From positions 161 to 64,160 of the IMG/VR virus record IMGVR_UViG_3300046383_000032: a DNA stretch of 64,000 nt. One strand, written 5' to 3'. The first letter of the stretch is position 1. Each line of letters starts with the position of its first letter. Positions 8,346-17,190 of the stretch are shown piece after piece. Both the position numbers and the translations under genes were made by a program. The notes beneath the pieces were generated by a model, which was not told where the DNA came from, ran no database searches, and saw only the letters and a list, made by a program, of their open reading frames with translations. Source of the stretch: a virus (Duplodnaviria; Caudoviricetes).

Positions 8346-10217
8346 ATGACCGAGCCGCTGCAGTACTGGTTCGTCGATTTCGAAACATATTACGGTGACG
8401 GCTACACGCTCACCACCATGGACCCGCCGTCGTACATCCTCGACCCGCGCTTCGAAGCGATATGCCTTGGCGTAGCCAAGGGCTTCAACGATCCACCGAC
8501 GCTTGTGGACGGTCCCCATATCCCCAGCTTTCTCAACAGCCTCCCGCCAAATGTCGCGATGGTCAGCCACAACGCCCTGTTCGACATGTGCATCATGTCG
8601 TGGCGCTACGGCTATGTGCCCAAGCTGATCGTCGACACCTTGGCTATGGCGCGCACCCTGCTGGCCCACCGGCTGGACAGCCTGTCGCTGGGCAGCGTGG
8701 CCAAGCACATCGGGCTGCAGAAGGGCGACTTCATCCACAACGTCCGCAACATGACCCGCGCCGACATCATCGCCAACGGCCTGTGGCGGGGCTACACCGA
8801 GTACTGCCTCGGCGACACGGCGATCTGCCGGGCGATCTTCCTGCACCTGATCGAGAGCCTCCCTGCCGAGGAGGTGATCCTGCACGACATGGTCGCGCGC
8901 TGCGCCGTCGAGCCTACACTCAAACTCGACATGGATGTGCTCCACGAGCACCTCGGCAACGAGGAGACGCGGAAGTCGGAATTGTTCTTCAAGGCGATGT
9001 GCGCCGGGCTGACCGACAGGTCCGAGCTGATGAGCAATCCGCAGTTCAGCGAACTGCTGCTCAAGCTGGGCGTCAACCCGCCGACCAAGGTCAGCAAGAC
9101 GACCGGGCTGCGCACTTGGGCCTTCTCGCGCAACGACCGGGCGTTCCTCGAGCTGCTCGAGCACGACGACCCGCGCGTCGGCGCGCTGGTCGAGGCCCGC
9201 ATCAGCCACAAGAGCACGCTGGAGGAGACCCGCACCCGCCGCATGATCAACATCGGGCAGTTGGACTTTCCGCACCACGGCGGCACGGAGACCATGCCCA
9301 TCCCGCTGATCGTCGGTGCCGCCCACACCCACCGCTTCGGCGGCGGCTGGAAGCTCAACTGCCAGAACTGGGGCCGCGAGAGCCCGATCAGGAAGGCCGT
9401 GATCGCACCCGAGGGCCACAAGATCGTCGCCGCCGACAGCCGCCAGATCGAGGCCCGCATGAACGCTTGGTTCTGCGGGCAGGACGACCTGCTCGAGCAG
9501 TTCCGGCAGGGCATCGACGTCTACTCGGCCTTCGCCTCCGAGATTTACCTTCGACACGTAACCCCTGCTGACAAGAACGAGCGCTTTGTCGGCAAAACCG
9601 GGGTACTCCAATTGGGCTATCAGGCTGGGTGGCGTAACTTCCAAGCCAGCGTATGGCTCAAGTCTTACGATGGCGTGAACGAACCGATCACGCTCACTGA
9701 CGATGAAGCCAACAACGTGGTCAACAAATACCGCATGCGCTATGCCAATATTTCTGGTATGTGGCGCATCCTTCCGAACATGTTTTCGGTTCTGCAAGGA
9801 AGAGAGCGCCCGGTGGAGATGGGTCCGCTGCGGTTCGAAAAGGGGAGGGTCGTCGGGCCTAACGGGCTATGCCTGCATTACCACAACCTGCGGTTCGAGA
9901 ACGGCCAGTGGTGCTACGACCACGGCGGTCGGACCTATAAAATCTACGGCGGCAAGTTCTTGGAGAACATCATCCAGTTCCTGTCGCGCATCGCCACGAT
10001 GCAGGCAGCCTTTCGACTGCGCAAACCTTTGGGTCGCTTAAGTTCACGCTTGACACATACGTCCCACGATGAAATAGTCTATCTTGCAAAAGACGACGTC
10101 GTGGGAGCCGTCAAGGAAATGCTGGAAGAAGAGATGCGCCGCTCGCCCTCGTGGGCCAAGACGCTCCCCCTCGACGTGGCAATCGGCGTGGGGCTGAGCT
10201 ATGGCGACGCAAAATGA
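8346..10217 (+). CDS. family A DNA polymerase with 3'-5' exonuclease
   Basis: ExoI DFET, ExoII HNALFD; motif A ADSRQIEAR, motif B GKTGVLQLGY, motif C HDEIV; start taken at MTEP. Confidence 0.9.
   Translation: MTEPLQYWFVDFETYYGDGYTLTTMDPPSYILDPRFEAICLGVAKGFNDPPTLVDGPHIPSFLNSLPPNVAMVSHNALFDMCIMSWRYGYVPKLIVDTLAMARTLLAHRLDSLSLGSVAKHIGLQKGDFIHNVRNMTRADIIANGLWRGYTEYCLGDTAICRAIFLHLIESLPAEEVILHDMVARCAVEPTLKLDMDVLHEHLGNEETRKSELFFKAMCAGLTDRSELMSNPQFSELLLKLGVNPPTKVSKTTGLRTWAFSRNDRAFLELLEHDDPRVGALVEARISHKSTLEETRTRRMINIGQLDFPHHGGTETMPIPLIVGAAHTHRFGGGWKLNCQNWGRESPIRKAVIAPEGHKIVAADSRQIEARMNAWFCGQDDLLEQFRQGIDVYSAFASEIYLRHVTPADKNERFVGKTGVLQLGYQAGWRNFQASVWLKSYDGVNEPITLTDDEANNVVNKYRMRYANISGMWRILPNMFSVLQGRERPVEMGPLRFEKGRVVGPNGLCLHYHNLRFENGQWCYDHGGRTYKIYGGKFLENIIQFLSRIATMQAAFRLRKPLGRLSSRLTHTSHDEIVYLAKDDVVGAVKEMLEEEMRRSPSWAKTLPLDVAIGVGLSYGDAK
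10050..10078 (+). promoter_or_regulatory. intragenic sigma70-like promoter inside polymerase motif C
   Basis: TTGACA-17 nt-AATAGT; shares TTGACACATAC with the promoter at 21954. Confidence 0.5.
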
Positions 10218-10450
10218 CCGGCCAGCTCGAGACGCGCTTCAGGTGCGACCGTTGCATGAGCGAGGTCAACGTCCCCCTGCAGAACACCCCCATGCATTCC
10301 CGCTCGACCGCGCCAGACGGCTGGACAACGCTGTGGATCAGCGACCCGACCACAGTCGCCAAGCACCTCTGCGAGGCCTGCAGCGAGCAGTTCACCAACT
10401 TCATGGTGAAGACACTCAGAAGTTCAACGGACGTCCACAAGGACACATGA
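10214..10450 (+). CDS. small Zn-binding protein
   Basis: CDRC...HLCEAC; ATGA overlap. Confidence 0.7.
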   Translation: MTGQLETRFRCDRCMSEVNVPLQNTPMHSRSTAPDGWTTLWISDPTTVAKHLCEACSEQFTNFMVKTLRSSTDVHKDT

Positions 10451-10554
10451 AGCGGGGTGAAGCATGGAACTCGGGCCAGCAACGTGCCCTTACCTTCAGA
10501 GGTAAGGGCATGAGGCAAATCATCGTTCGATCAATCTTCGCAAAGGATAACAAG

Positions 10555-10962
10555 ATGAAGGCACTCAAGGCACTCCTGCTCGGTACCGTCGGCGCGTTCG
10601 CGCTGTCGTTCGCCGCGCAGGCTCAGACGTTCACTCTCGGCGTGGGCGGCAGCAACGCTGCTTCCAACAGCACCTCGGCCAGCAACAGCACCAGCGCGGG
10701 CGCGACCGCGATCCTCGGCGCGACGGCGGGCACCACGAGCGGTGCGGCGCAGTCCTCGGGCGCGGCGCAGGGCACGAGCGCTCTGGTCAATGGCGGCATC
10801 CAGAACACCGCCAGCTCGACCCACCTCAACCAGTCGACCGCGAACAACGCTTCGTTCGCCATCGGCGGTGCCGTCAACCTGTCCGGCTCGCAGTCGGGCG
10901 CGAACGGCACGTCGGGCGCGAACGCGGCTGGCAACTTCATCAGCTTCAAGATCGGACCGTGA
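10555..10962 (+). CDS. secreted Ser/Ala/Gly/Asn-rich low-complexity protein
   Basis: signal peptide MKALKALLLGTVGAFALSFAAQA; start could also be 10447 or 10510. Confidence 0.75.
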   Translation: MKALKALLLGTVGAFALSFAAQAQTFTLGVGGSNAASNSTSASNSTSAGATAILGATAGTTSGAAQSSGAAQGTSALVNGGIQNTASSTHLNQSTANNASFAIGGAVNLSGSQSGANGTSGANAAGNFISFKIGP

Positions 10963-11101
10963 TCTGAAGTTGGCGGTGTTTCGATAGGTTCGGTTCTCCC
11001 CAAACAGAACTTCTCACCTGTCGGAGCAGGTCCCCGGTGCCCCACGCACCGGGGGCCACCTTCTTGTTCATCGTGGGAAGCAACGAGGAGTTAGAAACTC
11101 A

Positions 11102-11914
11102 ATGTCTATTCGGAAGGCCATAGCGGGTATCGCCTTCGGCGTCAGTCTTTTAGCGCTGACCGCAGGAGCGATGGCCCAGACTGCAACGGGTACTGGCACG
11201 TCCAACTCGACGTCGACCAGCGGCTCGTCTTCGGGTGCGCAAGGCGTCGTCGGCCCCGGCGGCTCCAACTCGATCATCGGCAGCAATGCCAACTCGGGAT
11301 CGAACTCGAACTCCAACTCGGCCTCGAGCACGCGCTCGTCGTCGAACGGCAACGCCACCAATCAGTCGATCAACTTCAATTCGCCGGGCGAGACCCGCTC
11401 GACCAATTCGACGGCGGTCAGCGGTGGCACCAACAACCGCGACAACGTCAACTATTCGGGCGGCACGACCAACTCGTCGTATGTCTCGGGCGATCAGACT
11501 ATCCGCACCACGCCGACCGTCTATGCGCCCCCTGTCAGCGGCGGAAACCCGTGCACGCTGGCCGTGTCGGGTGGCGTCAGCGTGATCGGCTGGGGTGCCG
11601 CCGCTGGCGGCACGTTCGTCGATGCCGACTGCGCTCGCCGCCAGCAGGCTGCGATGATGCACAACGCGGGCTACGCGGGTGCCGCCAAGGAGATGATGTG
11701 CGACGACAAGTCGGCATACATGGCGTTCCGCCGGGCTGGCCAGCCCTGCGCGCCGCGTCCCGACTGGGAGCCGCCCATGCCTCCGGGCGCTGCCGTGCCG
11801 CAGCCCATCATCCAGCAGCAGCCCACGCCTGTCGTGGCCCCGGCTCCGACGGCGACACGGGCCACCCTGCCGCGCTGCTCGCGGACGATCACGGACAACT
11901 GCTACAGTGGGTAG
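11102..11914 (+). CDS. secreted Ser/Asn/Thr-rich protein with a Cys-containing C-terminal domain
   Basis: GAGGAG RBS; signal peptide ending AMA-Q; APPVSGGNPC...DADCARRQ...EMMC domain. Confidence 0.8.
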   Translation: MSIRKAIAGIAFGVSLLALTAGAMAQTATGTGTSNSTSTSGSSSGAQGVVGPGGSNSIIGSNANSGSNSNSNSASSTRSSSNGNATNQSINFNSPGETRSTNSTAVSGGTNNRDNVNYSGGTTNSSYVSGDQTIRTTPTVYAPPVSGGNPCTLAVSGGVSVIGWGAAAGGTFVDADCARRQQAAMMHNAGYAGAAKEMMCDDKSAYMAFRRAGQPCAPRPDWEPPMPPGAAVPQPIIQQQPTPVVAPAPTATRATLPRCSRTITDNCYSG

Positions 11915-12145
11915 CTGGGTCCCGGCGCTCGCCGCCTTCGGGATGGGGTGGGGGCAAGCGCCTCCACCCCCGCCCTTCCTGATCGGGTATCATTTTTCGC
12001 AGGGCGTTGCTGCGCAGACGCTGATCCTCGGGCCTGTCACGCAACCGGAGCGCGCCATGTTCATTGTTCAGCCACGGTATCGGCAGACACGGATTTAAGG
12101 AGGGGGCAAACGACGTTGGCATAGGCGTCGTTTGTCACGCTACCC

Positions 12146-12184
12146 CCGGCTCCCAACTCCCCCGTGGAGCCGGGGGGATTTTCC
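12146..12184 (+). terminator. hairpin, possible terminator
   Basis: CCCCCGGCTCC pairs with GGAGCCGGGGG, then GATTTT. Confidence 0.45.
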
Positions 12185-12334
12185 GTGCCGGAGTTCCTAT
12201 ATACAAGACGGCATCTAGACGGCGCTTTGATCCTGTGTGCGTCGTCGCCTGAAGGCCGGGATGGTAGTACGGTTGTTGCGGGCCGGACATACCGTCCCGG
12301 CCTTTTTACCTTCGACGGTAACTGGGGGAACGCG

Positions 12335-12793
12335 ATGCCCACGATCATGCTCAGCCCGCACTTTACTCTCGACGAGTTCACTGCCAGCCAGACAGCAGCC
12401 CGCGAGGGCATTCCGAACACGCCGGATGCGGCGGCGCTGGCCAACCTCAAGAAGACAGCCGAGACGATGGAGAAGGTCCGCACGCTGTGCGGCAACAAGC
12501 CAGTCATCATCTCGAGCGGCTATCGCGGACCGCAGCTCAACGCTGCCGTCGGCGGCGCGTCGTCGAGCGCGCACTGCTATGGCCTCGCTGCCGATTTCAC
12601 CATCCCCGGCTTCGGCGATCCACACGCCATCTGCAAGGCCATCGAGCCGCACCTCAAGGAATGGAACATCGACCAGCTGATCTACGAGTATGCGAGCTGG
12701 GTTCATCTCGGTCTCGCCATCCCGCCCAGCACCGTGGCGCGCAATCAAACACTCACCATCAACAACAGCGGCACGACCTACGGCATAGCCTAA
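12335..12793 (+). CDS. peptidase M15A-type endolysin
   Basis: LSPHFTLDEF, ISSGYR, SAHCYGLAADF, WVH are the M15A Zn-peptidase motifs. Confidence 0.9.
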   Translation: MPTIMLSPHFTLDEFTASQTAAREGIPNTPDAAALANLKKTAETMEKVRTLCGNKPVIISSGYRGPQLNAAVGGASSSAHCYGLAADFTIPGFGDPHAICKAIEPHLKEWNIDQLIYEYASWVHLGLAIPPSTVARNQTLTINNSGTTYGIA

Positions 12794-12801
12794 GTTCCTA
12801 G

Positions 12802-12830
12802 TTGACAAGTCCCTCCTGCTATGCCATATT
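12802..12830 (+). promoter_or_regulatory. sigma70-like promoter
   Basis: TTGACA-17 nt-CATATT. Confidence 0.6.
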
Positions 12831-12854
12831 ATGGTCACCACAGGAGGGACTACT

Positions 12855-13691
12855 ATGCCGGGAACGCAGCCCCGTCTTCAGCCGTTGCTTTTGACCGTCA
12901 TCGCCAAGATCAATGACAAGACGGCACACGCCGAGTGGATGATCCACCGGCACAAGATCAGGCACTACTTCAGCGTCGAGTGGGATATCGCCAAGAAGGA
13001 AATTCACAAGGGCGTGCTGACGATCCGCACGCCCTACGCCAAGGACACCCGCGACATCATGCGGCTGAAGAAGCCCGGCCAAGAGCCGCCGCTGATGAAG
13101 CTGAAGGACGTGTCGGCCAACAACACCGTCTACAAGGGCATGGTGCAGTCCATCGCCAAGGTGCTGACGTTCGACAGCGCCGTCGAGGACGCGCTGACCA
13201 GCGTGCAGAACATGGTCGAGGTCCCGGTGCCCGACTTCATCCCACCCAAGTGGCACGGCACCGTCGGCGGCTACGGCTACGACGCTCCGCTGACGATGCC
13301 GACGACACCAATCGAGGAGGCGATCAAGACCATGGGCACCGTGAACGGCACGACCAAGGCTGACGTTGACGACGCGCTGAGTGCCGAGGACGAGGCGCGC
13401 ATCGACCGCATCCTCAACGAGCCCGCATTACCTTTGAAGGTAAGCGCAGCCGAAGCCGCTGCCGCCATCGCAGGCGAAATCCTCGCCGAGGACAGCGAGT
13501 GGCAGCGTGGCTACGAGAATGGCGTCAAGGAAACGATGGCCATCCTCGAGCAGATGCGCGATGCTATGATCGACCTCTCGAAACAGCATCCCGACAGCAT
13601 CAACAAGCGCAACAACGACACCTTGCGGGGCTTCGCCAAGATGCTTCAGGAAGCAACCGACCGTGCAGGCCATCTGATCAAGGGCGTGTGA
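12855..13691 (+). CDS. hypothetical protein
   Basis: AGGAGG RBS before MPGTQ; GC3-biased. Confidence 0.8.
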   Translation: MPGTQPRLQPLLLTVIAKINDKTAHAEWMIHRHKIRHYFSVEWDIAKKEIHKGVLTIRTPYAKDTRDIMRLKKPGQEPPLMKLKDVSANNTVYKGMVQSIAKVLTFDSAVEDALTSVQNMVEVPVPDFIPPKWHGTVGGYGYDAPLTMPTTPIEEAIKTMGTVNGTTKADVDDALSAEDEARIDRILNEPALPLKVSAAEAAAAIAGEILAEDSEWQRGYENGVKETMAILEQMRDAMIDLSKQHPDSINKRNNDTLRGFAKMLQEATDRAGHLIKGV

Positions 13692-13996
13692 TGTCCATAG
13701 GCAAGGCTCCTGACAAGTACTTCGGAGTAGGCGTCGGCACCAGTCCGTACTCGGACGATGCGCCGCCGCCGAGTTTCCCGCGCTGGAGCGCCTACGAGAA
13801 GCTGGCGATGCGTCTCAACGTGCCGGAAGGGGAGGATATCAGGCCGACGGTGGCGATCCTCCCCGGCATAACCAAGATGTTCATCTTCGTGCTGAAGGGC
13901 GACAGCGCCCTGATCCTCGAGGATGCCATGGACATGTACCCGAGCGACCGTCTCGTCGCCGAGTTCCGGCTCTTTCAGCAGGCAGTGCAGGAATGA
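13691..13996 (+). CDS. hypothetical protein
   Basis: TGATG coupling; MSIGKAPD. Confidence 0.7.
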   Translation: MSIGKAPDKYFGVGVGTSPYSDDAPPPSFPRWSAYEKLAMRLNVPEGEDIRPTVAILPGITKMFIFVLKGDSALILEDAMDMYPSDRLVAEFRLFQQAVQE

Positions 13997-14721
13997 ATTT
14001 ACCTTCGAAGGTAACAGACGTCGACGGCAACGTCGTCGTCAGGCCGCAGGCTTGGAGCTTCTCGGCGCTCGAGGGCTTCGAGAACTGCGCGCTCAAGCAC
14101 TACGAGACCAAGGTCGCCAAGAACTTCAAGGACGACTTCGGTCCCGACGCCAAGTGGGGCAACCGCGTCCACGACGCGCTCGCCGACCGCGTCGCCAAGG
14201 GCACCCCCCTGCCGGACGGCATGCAGCAATGGGAGAAGTGGGCGCAGTGGGCTCTCAGGCACAAGGAGCTGCCCGGCATGGTGATCTACGCCGAGCGGAA
14301 GATGGCGCTGACAGCCAAGTTCCGGCCCTGCGAATACTTCGACAAGAGCGTGCCGGTGTGGTTCCGAACCGTCGCCGACGTGCTCAAGATCAACGGCCAA
14401 GTCGCCCGCATCATCGACTGGAAGACCGGCAAACCCAAGGAGGACACCGACCAGATCAAGCTCTCCGCCGCCGCCGTGTTCGCGACCTTCCCCGTGGTCG
14501 AGGCCGTCGCCATGAACTTCGTCTGGCTGAAGGAGGACTACAAGACCGACGACCTGATCCGGCGTGTCGACCTGCCCGCCTTCTGGCAGACCATGCTGCC
14601 GCGCGTCGACGAGTTCCAGCTGGCCCACGCCACGGGCGTGTTCCCGCCGTCGCCCTCCGGCCTGTGCAAGAGGCACTGCCCGGTCAGCAGCTGCGCCTAC
14701 CACGGCAAGGGCAACCGATAG
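13993..14721 (+). CDS. PD-(D/E)XK (RecB/Cas4-like) exonuclease
   Basis: WSFSAL...C; VADVL...IIDWKTGK; C-terminal LC...C...C Fe-S cysteines. Confidence 0.85.
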   Translation: MNLPSKVTDVDGNVVVRPQAWSFSALEGFENCALKHYETKVAKNFKDDFGPDAKWGNRVHDALADRVAKGTPLPDGMQQWEKWAQWALRHKELPGMVIYAERKMALTAKFRPCEYFDKSVPVWFRTVADVLKINGQVARIIDWKTGKPKEDTDQIKLSAAAVFATFPVVEAVAMNFVWLKEDYKTDDLIRRVDLPAFWQTMLPRVDEFQLAHATGVFPPSPSGLCKRHCPVSSCAYHGKGNR

Positions 14722-14806
14722 ATTTGTCAACTAGGAACTAATCCAAAAATTGAGCCCGCCAAAATTTTGAATTTTGAATTTCTAATTTTGAAAATTGGGG
14801 CGAGAG

Positions 14807-15334
14807 ATGACACGACGCAAAGTTATTCTTGAGCGCAGTGTGAAGCGTATGGTAAGTGGATACTTATTAAGTTTGCGGGGCCTGCAGTCCGGCGTCCAGT
14901 GCTACTACCGGATGACGGTGCCCTCGGGCTTCGGCAAGCAGGGCTTGGACTACGACGGCTGTATCGACGGCTGGTACTTCGCCATCGAGACGAAGGTGCC
15001 GGGAGAGTGGCTGACGCCACGGCAAAGGGAGACCGCGCTCGACGTCCTGAACGGCGGCGGCAAGGTCTTCATCATCAGCGGGCCCGACGGGCTCGAGGCG
15101 TTCCAGAGTTGGGTAGGCAAGGTCAGGGAGCGGTTCGACGATGCCAAAGAAGTACTGCAGGCACTGCGGTCAATTGCTGCCCAAGAAGGAGAGGACGCCG
15201 CGCGCCTACCCGAAGCTGAACCGCGTCGTGGTCGAGGATATCTGGCAGTCGAAGCACAAGCGCACCCATCTGGCGGCGGACCACGCCGTGCCGGTCAGGC
15301 TGGTGACGCTGATCAAGACGAAGGCAACGGTTAA
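14807..15334 (+). CDS. VRR-NUC nuclease (Holliday-junction resolvase-like)
   Basis: GLDYDGC...FAIETK...LTPRQ; the C-terminal ~64 codons overlap the next ORF. Confidence 0.75.
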   Translation: MTRRKVILERSVKRMVSGYLLSLRGLQSGVQCYYRMTVPSGFGKQGLDYDGCIDGWYFAIETKVPGEWLTPRQRETALDVLNGGGKVFIISGPDGLEAFQSWVGKVRERFDDAKEVLQALRSIAAQEGEDAARLPEAEPRRGRGYLAVEAQAHPSGGGPRRAGQAGDADQDEGNG

Positions 15335-15362
15335 GGAGGCGCTCGATGCTTACTCGGCTTAG
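15141..15362 (+). CDS. small basic Zn-ribbon protein
   Basis: CRHCG; codon bias favours this frame over the overlapping VRR-NUC tail. Confidence 0.65.
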   Translation: MPKKYCRHCGQLLPKKERTPRAYPKLNRVVVEDIWQSKHKRTHLAADHAVPVRLVTLIKTKATVKEALDAYSA

Positions 15363-16779
15363 GGACATGGGCGTCGACGTCCACCCGCACATCAACAACA
15401 CCGACTACGACTACTGCGGGGCCAAGCCCTTCGACATCCAGAAGAACACCGTCGAGCTGCTGACCGAGAACCATCGCGCGTATGTCTTGAACTCGATGGG
15501 CACCGGCAAGACCAAGGCGGCGCTGTGGGCGTTCGATTACCTTCGGCGCGTAAAGGCGGCGAGCCGCATGCTGGTGGTCGCTCCGCTCAGCACGCTGCAC
15601 TTCACTTGGGGCCGCGAGGTCATGATGACGACCCCGCAGTACAGGTTCAACGTGCTGCACGGCAGCCGAGACAAGCGCTTCAAGCTGCTCGACGAGGACA
15701 AGGACATCTACATCGTCAACCACGACGGCCTCGCCATCCTCGCCGACGAGATCGCCAAGCGCGAGGACATCGACGTGATCTGCCTCGACGAGCTGGCGGT
15801 CTACCGCAACCGCACCAAGCGCACGTCCATCGTGCAGGAGCTGGCCAAGATCAAGCCCATCGTCTGGGGCATGACCGGCGCGCCGACACCCAACTCGCCG
15901 ACCGACGTCTTCCAGCAGTGCAAGATCATCACGCCGCACACCGTGCCGAAGTACTTCTCGACGTTCCGCGACCAGACCATGATAAAAATCAACCAGTTCC
16001 GCTGGGCACCCAAGCGCGAGGCCCTCGAGATCGCGCGCAAGGCCATGTCCCCTGCCGTCCGCTTCACGCTCGACGACGTGACCGAGCTGCCGCCCTTCAT
16101 CTCACGCACCGTGGACGTGAGCTTGGGCACCAAGCAGGAGGCGATCTACAAGGCGCTGAAGAAGGACTGCTTCGCCCTCCTGCAGAGCGGCGACATCAGG
16201 GCGGCCAACGCCGCCGCCGTCCTGTCCAAGCTGCTGCAGGTCAGCCTCGGCTGGGTCTACAAGTCGGACGGCACGGCGGTCCACCTCGACAACCACCAGC
16301 GCAACGACGCCCTGCTCGACATCATCTCCGGGTGCGAGCGCAAGGTCATCGTCTTCCTGCCGTTCGTGCATGCCCTGCAGGGCATCAAGAAGCTGCTCGA
16401 CAAGGAGGGGATCACCAACGAGATGGTGTCGGGCGATACGCCGCTCGGCGAGCGCGACCGCATCTTCCGCGCCTTCCAGAACACCAGCGACCCGAAGGTG
16501 CTGATCGCTCACCCGCAGTGCCTCGCGCACGGCATCACGCTGACGGCAGCCGACACCGTGGTGTGGTACGGACCGATCACGTCGCTCGAGATTTATGATC
16601 AGGCCAACGCCAGAATTCGAAGGGTAGGCCAGAAGCACAAGCAGCTCTTCCTGCACATGCAGGCGACCGGCGCGGAGAAGCACATCTATAACCTGCTGAC
16701 CCGCAAGCTCGTAGTTCAGGACGAACTCTTGAAGATGTTGGAAGAAGAGAGTAAGAACGCATTTGCAAATGAGGGTTAG
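15346..16779 (+). CDS. SNF2/SF2 DNA helicase
   Basis: MGTGKT Walker A, CLDELA, MTGAPTPN, HGITLT, QANARIRR. Confidence 0.9.
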   Translation: MLTRLRDMGVDVHPHINNTDYDYCGAKPFDIQKNTVELLTENHRAYVLNSMGTGKTKAALWAFDYLRRVKAASRMLVVAPLSTLHFTWGREVMMTTPQYRFNVLHGSRDKRFKLLDEDKDIYIVNHDGLAILADEIAKREDIDVICLDELAVYRNRTKRTSIVQELAKIKPIVWGMTGAPTPNSPTDVFQQCKIITPHTVPKYFSTFRDQTMIKINQFRWAPKREALEIARKAMSPAVRFTLDDVTELPPFISRTVDVSLGTKQEAIYKALKKDCFALLQSGDIRAANAAAVLSKLLQVSLGWVYKSDGTAVHLDNHQRNDALLDIISGCERKVIVFLPFVHALQGIKKLLDKEGITNEMVSGDTPLGERDRIFRAFQNTSDPKVLIAHPQCLAHGITLTAADTVVWYGPITSLEIYDQANARIRRVGQKHKQLFLHMQATGAEKHIYNLLTRKLVVQDELLKMLEEESKNAFANEG

Positions 16780-16781
16780 CT

Positions 16782-17180
16782 ATGCCTGACGTAGAAGGGA
16801 CGCTGGAGAAGATGGTCTCCGGCTACATCAAGTTGCGCGACAAGCGTGACGCACTGAAAAAAGTCCACAGCGCCGAGATCAAGAAGTTCAACGACGCTAT
16901 GGGAGAGATCGAGGACTACCTGCGGGGCCACCTGCAGGCTAGCAACCTCACATCCATATCTTGTAGGGACGCCACCGCGTTCCTCAAGATGGACACCTCG
17001 GCCACCGTTGCCGACATGGGTGTCTTTCGTGAGCACGTTATTTCAACAAGGAACTTTGACCTTGCTGACTTCCGTGCTAAGAAGGAAGCCGTAGAGGAGT
17101 TCGTCGCCAACAACGACGGGCAGCTCCCTCCCGGTGTGAATTATAGCCAGCACCAAGGCGTTCAGGTTCGCCGAAAGTAA
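16782..17180 (+). CDS. conserved phage replication-module protein
   Basis: YIKLRDKR...LPPGVN pattern typical of the gene after the helicase in such phages. Confidence 0.7.
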   Translation: MPDVEGTLEKMVSGYIKLRDKRDALKKVHSAEIKKFNDAMGEIEDYLRGHLQASNLTSISCRDATAFLKMDTSATVADMGVFREHVISTRNFDLADFRAKKEAVEEFVANNDGQLPPGVNYSQHQGVQVRRK

Positions 17181-17190
17181 GAGGAACACT

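Noticed and set aside
8253-9797. Long antisense and alternate-frame ORFs (also 28330-31680, 32614-34905, 33281-36064, 35185-37584, 39356-41536, 63182-63943)
   Set aside because: Shadow ORFs typical of high-GC DNA, overlapping better-supported genes and lacking motifs
10963-11101. tRNA or tmRNA
   Set aside because: No T-loop GTTCRA consensus, acceptor stem or CCA end
13993-14721. Cas4 or CRISPR adaptation gene
   Set aside because: A lone PD-(D/E)XK nuclease in a replication module is the ordinary phage exonuclease
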